A DNA stretch of 63,211 nucleotides, the filler included, from Octopus bimaculoides (taxonomy: Eukaryota), in the NCBI RefSeq assembly GCF_001194135.2. It is 4 parts of 4 records of this genome, joined end to end, with 100 filler letters (N's around TTAATTAATTAA, not from the genome) between each part and the next. Parts side by side here need not be neighbours in the genome. Positions count along the whole stretch, not along the records: positions 21,144 to 29,361 come from NC_069004.1; positions 29,462 to 37,354 come from NC_068982.1; 2 more parts are not named here. One strand, given 5' to 3'. This document shows positions 24,080 to 36,680 of this stretch, piece after piece. The position numbers and the translations under genes were made by a program. Within the stretch, counting starts at the first letter, position 1. Every line of letters starts with the position of its first letter. A model generated the notes under the pieces. It did no database searches and had not been told where the DNA came from. It saw only the letters and a program-made list of their open reading frames with translations.

Positions 24080-24587
24080 CAAGACACACACATACACACA
24101 AACACACACATACACACTCACGTTCATAAACACAAACAAGTGCATTCACACACACATAAGTGCACGCATGCACTTATACGCACGAACACACACACTCACA
24201 TGCAGATACATATACACACACGCACACACAAGCGCCCACTCACACATCCACACACATACACACATGCACAGACAGACACACGTTCACGCACAAATGCACA
24301 CAGGCACACACACACACACACACACGTACATTCACATACATACGCATACACAGACACAAACATACACATACATAAACACACATGCAGACACTCACACACG
24401 CATACACACGGTCACACACGTACACGTACTCACACACACATGTATACATACACACACATACGTATACAACGCGCGTGCACACATACAAACACATATACAC
24501 CCGCACACACACACGCATACACTCAACCGCTCTCACATATACCAACACACCCACGCATTCACATTCACATAGACATTCACACACACA

Positions 24588-24633
<46 letters not shown>

Positions 24634-24660
24634 TACACAAACACTGTCTCACACACACAG
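24080..24660. repeat. Degenerate (CA)n tract
   Basis: Direct inspection. Confidence 0.9.
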
Positions 24661-24734
24661 CCAAGCAAACAGCATATACGTGTGCATATCTGCAGCGCCG
24701 ACTGGCGGTCGTTTGTCATAATTAAAGTCCACTT

Positions 24735-24746
24735 AATATGGCGGCC
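24735..24746 (+). promoter_or_regulatory. YY1-like motif AATATGGCGGCC
   Basis: Matches AANATGGCGGC within a CpG-rich unique segment. Confidence 0.25.
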
Positions 24747-25189
24747 ATGATATTTGATGAGCAACGCGACAAATGGAACACCAGTATGAAACAGTGTAAG
24801 CTCCCTGGTAATTACCCAGGCCCCCAGATACTATGACATGCAGCACCCACAAATTGCATCCTCTCCCTCAGCGTTACTCATCCCCAACTCCGCCCTATGC
24901 TATACTCCTTAACCCCAAACGCTCACACGGCGCCTTCCCTCCGAAATTGTACTCCGATTTCACAGCCGAACACTGCATTGTCTCACCTAATTCATCTCCT
25001 CTCTTCATGTACACCGCTCCGCCACTTACAACCCGACACGCGGTTACTCGTTGTCGACACTATCCTAAATGACATTGAGCATCCCAAGCTGACGGGGGAA
25101 GTCACTTTGCGGTCGCTCAACTTGCTAGAAATAGCAGCTACATGTATATTGATGTAGTGAAGTTGTGTGTGTGTGTTTATATCTTTTCG

Positions 25190-25410
25190 TTCATCTTCTC
25201 CATTATACATGCTTCAGTCATTAGACTACGGCCATGCTGGAGTACCGCCTTGAAGAAGTTTCATTCGAGTGAATCGGCCCCTGTTCTTTCCTTTTTAAGC
25301 TTGGTTCATATCGCGTCGTTCTCTCAATGCCGAACAGCTATGTAACGGGGACGTAAACACACCAACATCAGTTGTCAAGCGGTGGGACGGGGTGCAAAAA
25401 CACAGACACA
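25190..25410 (-). mobile_element. SINE family B 3' body
   Basis: rc of GGCGGTACTCCAGCATGGCCG and GTGTGTTTACGTCCCCGT. Confidence 0.8.
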
Positions 25411-25659
25411 AAGGCACACACAAATGGTGGTGCCTTGTACCAAAATTTGAAACCACTGTTTAGATTTTGCTGTGGTCTGTACAAATAACGATGTTTAATC
25501 ATTTGGTAAATCTCAGCACAAATCAGAAATCAATTTGTCCGCTTAAATTATAAACAAATCCAACGGTTTTGTTTAGGCTCAAAAGTCTGGATACTTCTCA
25601 CTCACGAAGTACAATATATCGAAACACTGGTATCCCAGAATCCCTTCCTTCAATGATCT

Positions 25660-25955
25660 GAGTGTGTTGTGAACATACTGTCATCGTGCAAAAAGGAGTT
25701 GTTCTCCTGTGACATACTGAAGAGCGACTAGCATATTTGCGTTTAAATCTGCTAATGAACCGAATGTGTTACGAACACACTGTCATCGTAAAAAGGGATT
25801 TGTTCCCCTCTGACATAAACAACAGCGANNNNNNNNNNCGTTTAAATCTGCTAATGAACCGAATGTGTTACGAACACACTGTCATCGTAAAAAGGGATTT
25901 GTTCCCCTCTGACATAAACAACAGCGACTAGCATATTTGCGTTCAAATCTGAAGG
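25660..25955. repeat. ~100-bp tandem repeat, 3 units (units 2 and 3 identical across an 11-N gap)
   Basis: ACTGTCATCGT..AAAA.GG..TTGTTC.CCT.TGACATA occurs at about 25678, 25778 and 25878. Confidence 0.8.
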
Positions 25956-26328
25956 AACGAAGTAAGACTGAATATTCAAATCATCATTTGAAATCTTTAT
26001 TTCATATACGTTTGTTACAACTACACACACTAGGACGGTTTGACATATTATCTTTTGGAAGGGAACAACATATAATATATCAAAAGACTGCGACTGGATT
26101 ATTCTAAGATGAAAAATCCAGGAAGGGTGAAAGAGGGGGAAAGAAAGAGCGGGTCGGAAGGGACTGATGTCATGCACTTAGAAATAACCAGAGTTGAGCT
26201 GGACGATGGCTGATTCCAAAACTGAGAAAGGCCAGAAAATCTCTGTAAGACAAACTTCCAAACACACCACACTCTAACCTCGCACCTCAGACCTCACCCA
26301 CACATAAATACACAAACACATGCACAAT

Positions 26329-26528
26329 CACGTGTGCAAACACACATAGACATATCGTTTCGGTGTGTCAAACCGCATAAGGCTGTGGAGTAAACCGAGA
26401 AGCGACGTTGACAGTAAGGTGTCATGCGCGCTTATGGGAACTTGTATGTCGCATTTGTGACTGCCGCTAGAGGGAGCGGGAAGCGCATCTGTGTCGATTT
26501 GCATGCTAACTGTTTAAGAAGCCACGTG
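26329..26528 (+). promoter_or_regulatory. Candidate cis-regulatory cluster: CTCF-like, octamer and two E-boxes
   Basis: CCGCTAGAGGGAGC 26464-26477; ATTTGCAT 26497-26504; CACGTG at 26329 and 26523; CpG-rich unique DNA. Confidence 0.35.
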
Positions 26529-26599
26529 AGCTTGGATGACGGAAACCGTTGCATCAACCACGATTGGTAAAAGTCACCAATTACGATCCAGAGATGTGT

Positions 26600-26739
26600 G
26601 TGGGCATGTGTGTTTGTGTGTGTGTGTACGTGTGTGTGTGTATGTATGTATGTATGTATGTATGTATGTATGTATGTATGCACGTGTGTTTATGTGTTTC
26701 TCTATCGCCCATACGGCTGCACCTTCTGTTGCTGATATT

Positions 26740-26773
<34 letters not shown>

Positions 26774-27011
26774 TGCGTGCGTGTCTATGTGTGAATGCAA
26801 ATGTAAATGTGTATGCATATGTATGTATCTGTATGTACGTATGTATGTACGCATGTATGTATGTACGCATGTATGTATGTATGTATTTATGTATGTATGT
26901 ATGTATGTATGCGTGCATGCAAGTATGTATATGTATATAACTGTATGTAGGTACGTACGCATGTATGTATGTATGTATGTATGTATATGTATTTGTATGC
27001 ATGTATGTATG
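26600..27011. repeat. (TG)n/(TATG)n compound microsatellite
   Basis: Direct inspection. Confidence 0.9.
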
Positions 27012-27182
27012 TACGAAGTGGTATCAAAAAGTTCCTAGACTAGTTATGAGTGATAAAAAAACTTATTTACCTTATTTTTAACATCATCTCCTTCGAAATA
27101 GTCACCTTGCATAGCAGCACACCCGTCTCAGTGTTCCTGCTACTTTTTCGAATCCAGCCTGGATGTCGTTTTCCACAAGATG
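27012..27182 (-). mobile_element. Mariner 3' end with TIR
   Basis: TIR-like TACGAAGTGGTATCAAAAAGTTCC; rc translates to ...CAAMQGDYFEGD, a typical mariner C-terminus. Confidence 0.75.
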
Positions 27183-27287
27183 TGTCTATTAATATGGTAT
27201 AGTACTCATATTAGAAATAATCAGACACTCCCTTCATCAGGATGTTCATTGTCACACAAAGACAGGAAAAAATAAAGATATAAAAAT

Positions 27288-27324
<37 letters not shown>

Positions 27325-27338
27325 GTTAGAAAGTTACC

Positions 27339-27737
27339 GATTTCATTATTGCCCACAAGGGGCTAAATATAGAGGAGACAAACAAGGACAGACAAAGGGA
27401 TTAAGTCGATTACATCGACCCCAGTGCTTAACTGGTACTTAATTTATCTACCCTGGAAGGATGAAAGGCAGAGTCGACCTCGGCGGAATTTGAACTCAGA
27501 ACATAACAGCAGACGAAATACCTATTTCTTTACTGCCCACAAGGGGCTACACACAGAGGGAACAAACAAGGACAGACAAACGGATTAAGTCGATTTTATC
27601 GACCCAGTACGTAAGGATGAAAGGATGAAAGGCAAAGTCGACCTCGGCGGAATTTGAACTCAGAACGCAGTGGCAGACGAAATACCGCTAAGCATTTCGC
27701 CCGGCGTGCTAACGGTTCTGCCAGCTCACCGCCTGTA
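27339..27737 (-). mobile_element. SINE family A head-to-tail dimer with 16-bp TSD
   Basis: TTGTTAGAAAGTTACC at 27323-27338 and 27738-27753; full monomer 27525-27734 plus a headless monomer 27341-27522. Confidence 0.93.
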
Positions 27738-28218
27738 TTGTTAGAAAGTTACCATATGTTTCACGCCTATTGTTACTCTTAGCAATATAGACGACTCATT
27801 AGACCTGATGACCGGAGGCGCATAACCACTTTACTAATGGAGGTAAGAATACAATGTTGGTCAGCATGATGGTGAAACCAAAAAAAAAACCTGAAACGAA
27901 ACTCAAATACCAGTAATAGATGTGAAATCAATAGTAACCTTTTGGTTAGTCAGAGCCAACGGCTACATAAAACATTACTGTTCAGAACAATTTTTTGCAG
28001 GGAAACTACGGCAGCCAACTTCAAAACGAATGAGTGCCGTCATTTGGCATGATCATTATCGACCAAATTCTGATTTTGAAGCTTTCTTTAGTTAGAGAGA
28101 AGAAATGTCAAATCTGTATTTCCACGTCTCCAAGAATTCAACTTCTATGATTGCTTTTGTGCTGTTAGAAAGCAGAAACATATTCGGTCGATGTGATGTT
28201 TTCTTTCACCTCTTCTAG

Positions 28219-28306
28219 AAAAGAGAGTCCAATTTTCAAATCCGCTTGTATCTCAACGTCAGGGGCTTGAACAAAATGAAAATCCGCGACGAAGATCACT
28301 CAAGGA
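28219..28306 (+). CDS. Weak candidate exon (KRVQFSNPLVSQRQGLEQNENPRRRSLK)
   Basis: Strong acceptor TTTTCTTTCACCTCTTCTAG, donor GA|GTTAGT; two frames are open, so the frame is ambiguous. Confidence 0.25.
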
Positions 28307-28659
28307 GTTAGTTACAATGACACCTGCTTCCCTGATTTTTTTTCCCCTCTTTTTTTTTTTTTTCCGTATTATCCCTAACTGTTCATGCATCAATAACTAT
28401 TTTTAAATAGTCTTAGAAAATCGATATTTTGAACATCAGAGATTCCGTTTGTGCAAAAAAGACATCGAAACGTATCGTTCGCTTTTTTTTTTACACTAAC
28501 AACGCTTTTTCCAATGATGGTTCTAAGTTCTGATTGGTTAATCGAAGAAGCGGTTTAAAAATCGACAGGGACGAAGCTAGAGCTTCCTCTTGCACGAGAA
28601 ACTGTTATCAGATACTGTTTGTTATACAAACTCCTTGCCCTACCATTTGGAGAGAAAGG

Positions 28660-28691
<32 letters not shown>

Positions 28692-28851
28692 NNNNNNNNN
28701 NNNNNNNNNNNNNNNNNNNNNNNNNNNNNNNNNNNNNNNNNNNNNNNNNNNNNNNNNNNNNNNNNNNNTAAACCACTACCATACCGACTCACTCTCTCAC
28801 TCTCTCTCATAAACACACACACACTCTCTCCCTTTATCTCTCTCCCTCATT

Positions 28852-28899
<48 letters not shown>

Positions 28900-28901
<2 letters not shown>

Positions 28902-29085
28902 TTCTTTATGGACTACGGTCATGCTAGAGCACCGCTGTGAAGATTTTAATCGAATCACTTGAAACATTCATTTAACTCCTGGTCCTTATTCAGTCTCGTT
29001 TTGCCAGACTGCTAATTTATGGGAACGTAAACAAGCCTACTCCGGTTACCAAGTGGTGGAAGGAGACAAACACCTATAAATATAA

Positions 29086-29137
<52 letters not shown>

Positions 29138-29322
29138 ATACCTACACACACACACGCACACATATATATGTATGCATGTATACGACGGGCTTCTTTCAGT
29201 TTCCGTCGACCAAATACCCACTCACAAGCTTTTTGGTCGGCCCTAGGCTATATATATATAAAGACACTTGCCCAAGGTGCAAAGTAGTGGAACTGAACCT
29301 AGAACCATGTGGTTGTGAAGCA
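28900..29322 (-). mobile_element. SINE family B with internal microsatellite
   Basis: Head rc at 29185-29322, 3' body rc at 28900-29075. Confidence 0.8.
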
Positions 29323-29361
29323 ATCTTATCGCTCCCTCCACCTTCGTCTCTCCAACTATTC

Positions 29362-29461
29362 NNNNNNNNNNNNNNNNNNNNNNNNNNNNNNNNNNNNNNN
29401 NNNNNTTAATTAATTAANNNNNNNNNNNNNNNNNNNNNNNNNNNNNNNNNNNNNNNNNNNN
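29362..29461. other. Artificial scaffold-join spacer
   Basis: 44N-TTAATTAATTAA-44N. Confidence 0.9.
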
Positions 29462-29496
<35 letters not shown>

Positions 29497-29498
<2 letters not shown>

Positions 29499-29660
29499 CG
29501 GGCTTCTTTCAGTTTCCGTTTACCAAATCCATTCACAAGGTTTTGGTTGGGCTGAGGTTATAATGCAAGACACTTGCCTAAGGTGCCACGCAGTGAGACT
29601 GAATACGGAAGCATGTGGTTAGTAACTAAGCTACATACCACACAGCCACTCATGCGCCTA
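29497..29660 (-). mobile_element. SINE family B head
   Basis: GACGGGCTTCTTTCAGTTTCCG...AAGACACTTGCCTAAGGTGCCACGCAGT. Confidence 0.85.
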
Positions 29661-30059
29661 CATATATATATATATAGATGTGTGTGTGTGTGTATAATAA
29701 TATAAGTATATTGCTACAGTTGGAGAAGGTCATATTTTTGTCAGTTAACCACTCGCATTAATTACTTGCTCTTCACTTCAGCTTTATTGTTATAATTATT
29801 TTAGTGTTCTTTGTCTGAAATATTTCGTCACACATTCTGTGACCTCTTCAAAAACATTGCACCCCTCTTGTCTCCTCCTTGTCCATTTAGGCCATTCTGA
29901 CCGAATGGGCTAAAGCGAACAGGAGACATGTTGGGTTAAGAATAATTGAGGAGGAGTTCACAGGATGTGACGAAAGAGGGCTACAAAATATGATTATATC
30001 CTCAAATATAACTCTCTTTCAACAGACGGTTTCACATCTAGCAAAACAAATACATAACA

Positions 30060-30212
<153 letters not shown>

Positions 30213-30636
30213 GGAAAAAGGAAATAGAGAAAGTTAATAGATGTATGAATAATTTATTTGTATGTTATACAATGATGAAAATCTCTTTTAAGAAACGTAA
30301 GAGTACAAATAAATTAATTATAAGTTGTAAAGCTTGAAAAAATAAGGGAACCTACAGATACGTTTCCGTCATATCGCCCTGTTGATCAGAAGTTCATATA
30401 ATCCCTAATGAGGATATAGACTCCTAGAAGTGGCCTGTGTGTTTTCTGTGCTCTGTTTATGTTCTGTTTCTCATTTTGTTCACGTTTTCTTTGCAAAGTT
30501 CTGTACCCAGATATGCATCTATATATAGACGTAGATGTAGGTATGTACATACATGTACATAGATATGCATATACTCACATATTGTTTGTATTTTATATAT
30601 ATATAACCTTAAATATATTTGCCAACTAAATGTGGC

Positions 30637-30916
30637 GGTCTCATAGAGGACGATGTTACTGTTGTTCTTAGCCGCAGGAAGACAACTCCTCCAGCTGGCT
30701 AACGAAACGCTGTCTCGCTCCCATCTCTAGCCTTACGTGATACATGCAGACCCGGGTACCTGGGTAGTTACCCGTCTTCAGTGTATGATAATCATTCCAC
30801 TGGCAAAATACTATATGTTTTTTCCCAGCGACAAACTGTCGCAGGTCTCGAAGAAGGAGAAATAGCCTATATTAAACCGCTGTGCGAGAGGTAAACAGTT
30901 ACAGTATGAAATCGTA
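30637..30916. mobile_element. Unclassified 280-bp insertion flanked by a perfect 26-bp direct repeat
   Basis: AAATATATTTGCCAACTAAATGTGGC at 30611-30636 and 30917-30942. Confidence 0.65.
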
Positions 30917-30942
30917 AAATATATTTGCCAACTAAATGTGGC

Positions 30943-31320
30943 AGAAACTAAGACTGCTATTTAAGGACTGCCTAAAATTCTCATTAAAGACTTGTGAAAC
31001 GCGGGTGGGTGATTGGGAGAGCAGCGCTTGCCATCGCGACGGATGGGTGGATGGGAACAGGTAAAGGAGGGAGTCGATACCTTTGACAGAAAACGTATGT
31101 TTCAATGAAGAATTCCAGCATGCTGCTCGAAAATGCACGGCTAGTGTAATGAATGGGAGAAGGCTTGGTCTGCAATGCTTGCAGTCGTAAATGTTTGTCA
31201 AGAGCAGGGCTCGTTAGTCACCAATGGAGTCGCAAGTGTAAAGTATATGGTTGTCTTGAGTGCACAATGTTCCTAAATGTCAGTAATGTTTTTCCTCGGT
31301 CACGCGTGGACGGGCATCGT
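30943..31320 (+). mobile_element. RTE/BovB-type LINE 3' end with C-terminal C2H2 zinc finger
   Basis: FKDCLKFSLKTCETRVGDWESSACHRDGW and CNACSRKCLSRAGLVSH. Confidence 0.75.
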
Positions 31321-32149
31321 ATATATATATATATNNNNNNNNNNNNNNNNNNNNNNNNNNNNNNNNNNNNNNNNNNNNNNNNNNNNNNNNNNNNNNNNNN
31401 NNNNNNNNNNNNNNNNNNNNNNNNNNNNNNNNNNNNNNNNNNNNNNNNNNNNNNNNNNNNNNNNNNNNNNNNNNNNNNNNNNNNNNNNNNNNNNNNNNNN
31501 NNNNNNNNNNNNNNNNNNNNNNNNNNNNNNNNNNNNNNNNNNNNNNNNNNNNNNNNNNNNNNNNNNNNNNNNNNNNNNNNNNNNNNNNNNNNNNNNNNNN
31601 NNNNNNNNNNNNNNNNNNNNNNNNNNNNNNNNNNATATATATTGATATATACGTCAATACTAATTTCTGGTCTGAGCCAAAAGGCCGAGAATTGTAAATA
31701 TATAAATGCATAGATATATGCATGTATCTGGAGAGTTACGGTACCTCTGCTAGATAAATTTTGCGAATAGCGCAAGTATATTTTCGTGTATTTGTTATCA
31801 TGCTTGTCTGAATTTAAAATTTCCCGTGGCACTAGGAATTTTTCTGATGCTGGAGACTCTGTTTATCATAGATAAGGTAAACTTTGTGACATTGTTATAT
31901 ACTATCATTATGCCTCACTTTTTATGAATTCTTGTAATTCTAATTTGTTTTCATCACACCTACTTAAGTACATCTCTGAAAAATGTATTATATTTCGCAT
32001 GTGCTTAATGATAAACTTCATCACTTTCCTTCTTTTTTCACACTTTGGTGTTTGCAGAGAAATATACTTGGACCAAATGTGAGTATGAAATATAGGACTG
32101 GCCACAATAAAAGTGTGTCTGTTCAACCCCAGTGACCCTGAAGGAATGT

Positions 32150-33050
32150 AGTTCTGTCTAGTTGATGGTAATGGAAAATAAGTGCCGATAAGATGAGAGA
32201 AAATTCGTGGAATAATAAAGTCTTCACCATTGTCAGAGCTAATCATAATAATGATTTTGATCATATGGAGTATGACCAAAATCTAATCATTTTACTACCA
32301 AAAGCCCTTGGGGGAATTCGTTTTTCGGAACAACTTAATATATGACCCTACATTCTGTTTCTGATTGTGAAAATTTCAGAAGCACTGCTAGATAGTTTGC
32401 AGCTTTACAAATATCGGCAGAAGTCTGAAATATTTGCTCCACATGAAAAGGGCTTGCACACCTTTTGGGATGAAATTCATGATATGCACGATGTCATTGT
32501 GAATTTTATAATGACATCTCAGTAAACCATTTATGGAGTCGATAATTCTGACAGAATGCGAAGAAATTTTAATAGCTGTTTCTTAAGGTGAGTTGATAAA
32601 CACCGATGATTAGCAAGTATTTCAATGTGATCAATCTCAATGTGGAATTGTGGCTGATGTATTGCACATTTAAACGAAACTTTTGTGAACGATGATACTA
32701 AGATATCTTATGGAATGCGACACTTATGTTGTTAGGTCTTAAAATATAGATGTCTTCGAGGTATGTTCTAAGCCTACTAGTAGGTGAACTCTTTTGCGGA
32801 CTAGCAATATTACAGAAACTCTCCAGAGATGAAGACTCTGCCTCACCACTTATTCTGCTAGTGTTATTTTTGAAATCGTTTAAGGATCTATCGTGAACTT
32901 CAAATGCAATTCTGTGTGACATTGGGTAAATATCTCATATATTCAGCTCGGTTTGTTTCAGGAGTTTGCTTGATCTGATCCTTTGCTAATATTGCACAGA
33001 AGAAAATCATTGCTTTCCGCTTTCCGACATAGAGCCATGCTTGAAACCAC
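32150..33050 (-). mobile_element. Ancient Helitron PIF1 helicase relic
   Basis: MSHRIAFEVHDRSLNDFKNN (cf. MxHRxAFEAxDRxLQD) and GEDFIIPRI (cf. GDVFIPRI at about 7810) in the expected order. Confidence 0.5.
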
Positions 33051-33569
33051 ATTTCTACTTTAAATTTTCCATCTAAACTTTCAATTGACGCTCGCATTTT
33101 TCTGTTTATCATCTTGGATTTACCTATATATATNNNNNNNNNNNNNNNNNNNNNNNNNNNNNNNNNNNNNNNNNNNNNNNNNNNNNNNNNNNNNNNNNNN
33201 NNNNNNNNNNNNNNNNNNNNNNNNNNNNNNNNNTATACTCATATATACATATACATATATATGTACTCATATATACATATATATATATGTATGTACTCAT
33301 ATGTACATATATATATATATATATAAATATGCACTCATATATGCATATATATATGTAATCATATATGTGTGTGTATGTACGTTACCTTTGTGTGTGTGTG
33401 ATAATGTGCATCAGTGAATTTGATGCATATATAAAATATTTGTTCATCTAACACTGTTTAATGTTTGCTAGAGAGATATGAGGATAGAAAGAAAATGGCA
33501 GCAAAGTTATGTGAGCAGGAGGAAAATAGTAACGGAAAAAAAAAACGGTCCCACAGGGAAACACTTGTC

Positions 33570-33915
33570 TGTTTTAGTTTAAAGATTGTTCAGATTTATT
33601 TGTTTTTCGTTTTCCATTCGATTTCTTTGCTCGTTCATTCGTTGTCATTTTCTCCAACTTAACTCTGTTTCGTTGTTTCTGCTACAATTTCTGTTGTCGT
33701 TTTTCATCAATTTCTTCTCTCTTTTCTATTTTCTTGTCTTCCTTTTGCTATTTCTGTCCTTCTCGCATCCTCGTTTCCTTTTCGTTTTTATCCTATTTAT
33801 TTTCTTTTCATCTTTCAATCATTGACAACCTCTTTTCCGATTGTCTTTTCTTCGTCTGTCTTTCTTTTATTTCTGTAAATTATTTATTTATCTCATATAA
33901 ATTCTTCCCACTGTT
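33570..33915. repeat. Pyrimidine-rich low-complexity tract
   Basis: T/C-dominated sequence. Confidence 0.75.
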
Positions 33916-34546
33916 TTCAGAATATTATTTTTTAATATCAACGTTATGTTAGTTATTATTTTTTATGCACTTTTTTGCTTTGCAACATATCCCTTCTGAT
34001 GTCGTTAAACTATTCGCGTTTATCGTGTCGCTTATTTTGCCGTACTATCTCTTTTGTTGTCGAAGCATTCTGTTTGTTAGAGGCTATACGTCCGAATGAA
34101 TAAATCCACCTATACATGAGCATTATTTCCTATCTACTGCTATTCGTACGACACTATATCTCGGGGCAAACCACTAAAATATGCATGCATCAATTCATTT
34201 ATCTTGAAGTTTTATGTTTAAAATAATTCGGAAAATGTTATCTGAGATAGAGTGTTACATTGTCTTCACTGCTTATTTTTAATAACATTTTACAGCATCG
34301 CAGGATTCACCTTTTACGAAACATCTTGTAAATGGCAGCATACACCAATTGTATGTTAACTATGCTATGACAGCTCTCAAACTGCGGGTTAGCAACTATC
34401 AGTGAATAATAAACGTTTTGTTATTGAATGTTTTTCCGTATAACTTGATGTGAAACAAAGAAAGTATCACATTATTGTTTCATGTTATGACAAGAGTCAA
34501 GTTTTGAAAGACATTTAGAAATAGCACACAAGAGATTTATGCGTAC

Positions 34547-34547
<1 letters not shown>

Positions 34548-34631
<84 letters not shown>

Positions 34632-34672
34632 TAATGATAATAATAATAATAATTATAATCCTAATAATAACA
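34548..34672. repeat. (TAA)n microsatellite
   Basis: Direct inspection. Confidence 0.95.
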
Positions 34673-34934
34673 ACGACGACAACACACACATATAGGATCT
34701 TTTTTAAAACGGGGGCCACATTTTTCATTAATGTTTTACGTAGTGTTTTTGGTACCGAAAAACTTTCAAACTTCGTATACTTATCTATTTTGTGTTATAG
34801 AACAGAAAAATATGTTTGTATTCGAATTTATTTCATGTAAAAAATTGTCTTATTTCGATAATTTCAACCAATCACTGACAAGTATTCAGTTGTTTATATT
34901 TACTCCTTTGGCTGATTAAGCCATAGCTTCGTTT

Positions 34935-35030
34935 TATTTGCTTTTTTCATTTTAAATTTGCTTTTTTCATTTTAAATTTGCTTTTTTCATTTTCTTTTTT
35001 TTTCTTCGTTTTATTTGCTTTTTTCTTTTT
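34935..35030. repeat. 20-bp tandem repeat TTTGCTTTTTTCATTTTAAA, about 3 copies
   Basis: Direct inspection. Confidence 0.8.
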
Positions 35031-35410
35031 AANNNNNNNNNNNNNNNNNNNNNNNNNNNNNNNNNNNNNNNNNNNNNNNNNNNNNNNNNNNNNNNNNNNN
35101 NNNNNNNNNNNNNNNNNNNNNNNNNNNNNNNNNNNNNNNNNNNNNNNNNNNNNNNNNNNNNNNNNNNNNNNNNNNNNNNNNNNNNNNNNNNNNNNNNNNN
35201 NNNNNNNNNNNNNNNNNNNNNNNNNNNNNNNNNNNNNNNNNNNNNNNNNNNNNNNNNNNNNNNNNNNNNNNNNNNNNNNNNNNNNNNNNNNNNNNNNNNN
35301 NNNNNNNNNNNNNNNNNNNNNNNNNNNNNNNNNNNNNNNNNNNNNNNNNNNNNNNNNNNNNNNNNNNNNNNNNNNNNNNNNNNNNNNNNNNNNNNNNNNN
35401 NNTATATATA

Positions 35411-36213
35411 TACGTGGTCTGATAAATAAGTATCCGAAGTGATGCTATTGTAACGAAGCTTGCAATGTGAAGCCGCTTGGAAAAGATTGACAATGCACTC
35501 TACTGTGCATGCGCACTAAGTCTTGACGCTCTGGCTCAATCCCGCCATTTACACCAGTGCTTGGAAGGAAGGTGTGTAGCGTGTGATCGTTGCATTGAAC
35601 ATGACAGAAAGTTCAGCAGAGAATATGCATCACATTTTGCCAAAGGCTTGGCGATACCTGCTCAGAGTGTCGTTTTGGTCAACTGAAAGCAGTTTTGGCA
35701 CAAACTTGGCAGACACGTGTCTCATACAAAAATCTTCAGTGATAATGGACTGAACTGAACCGTAACTAATCTGCACATCCTCTGATAACTCACGGTTGGT
35801 GATTCGACAATTTTCCCTCACATCTGCGATGTTTTTCTCAGTTGTGCTGATTGCATGTCTCCCAGAACGTTCGGCGCTATCGATATTTCTCGGCCATCTT
35901 GGAAACGTATGAACCACTCGTACACTTTTGTGTGGCTCATAAACTCTTCTCCATACAATTTCTACAACATTTCATTGGCCTCTGAGGAGGTATCACCATG
36001 ACAACTTTCTTTTCCATGGTTAATGAGACGATCATACGCTATAGGCCTTCCTTCCAAGCACTGCTGTAACCAGCGGAAGTGAGCTAGAACGTTGAATCTT
36101 TGTGCGTATGCACAGCATAATATAAGGTCAATATGTGCCGAGCGGTACCTTATGGCAAGAAATACAGATGAAGGCACCGGCATCAATGTCCCTTATTCAT
36201 CAAATGCCACATA
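35411..36213. mobile_element. Mariner-derived element made of two inverted 5' ends
   Basis: TIR TACGTGGTCTGATAAATAAG (left) and its rc relative near 36190-36213; plus arm to ~35668 encodes MTE..QRICITFCQRLGDTCSE; minus arm encodes VYEWF.RF and MRHVSAKFVPKLL. Confidence 0.8.
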
Positions 36214-36680
36214 GCAGAACTTTCAAATAATTATGTAGCACACTCAACGGTGGTGCCCCAGCATGACCGCAACTTTGAGGCTGAAACAATTTAAAGGTTT
36301 AAAGATTCATATATGTAAGTATGAATGTATGTATGTATGTGTGTGTGTGTGTGTATATATATATTTACATACGTAAATGTCGAACGATGTAAATGAGTAC
36401 TCAATACCGCATTGGTGAATGCAATTTTTTTTATTTGTTTATTAAGGTTACCATTGTTTTCATGTTACAATAGTAGAAACATATCTTAATATCTTAACAA
36501 ATTTCGAAGCCGATCACATGGAGGAATGGTAGGCGTCTCCAATTTGGATACGAAGGCAAACATACATACATTATATTATAATATACTAATATTATGATAA
36601 TTTGTATATAATTATAATAATATTTGTAAAATTCGCTCATAAGGATTTTTCCCTTTATTATGATAAATATTTTATATACA

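Noticed and set aside
30405-30430. Hammerhead-like CTAATGA-GGA(TATAGAC)TCC-TAGAA
   Set aside because: Core nucleotides mutated (CUGA, GAAA) and no helix I/III pairing found; at most a decayed relic
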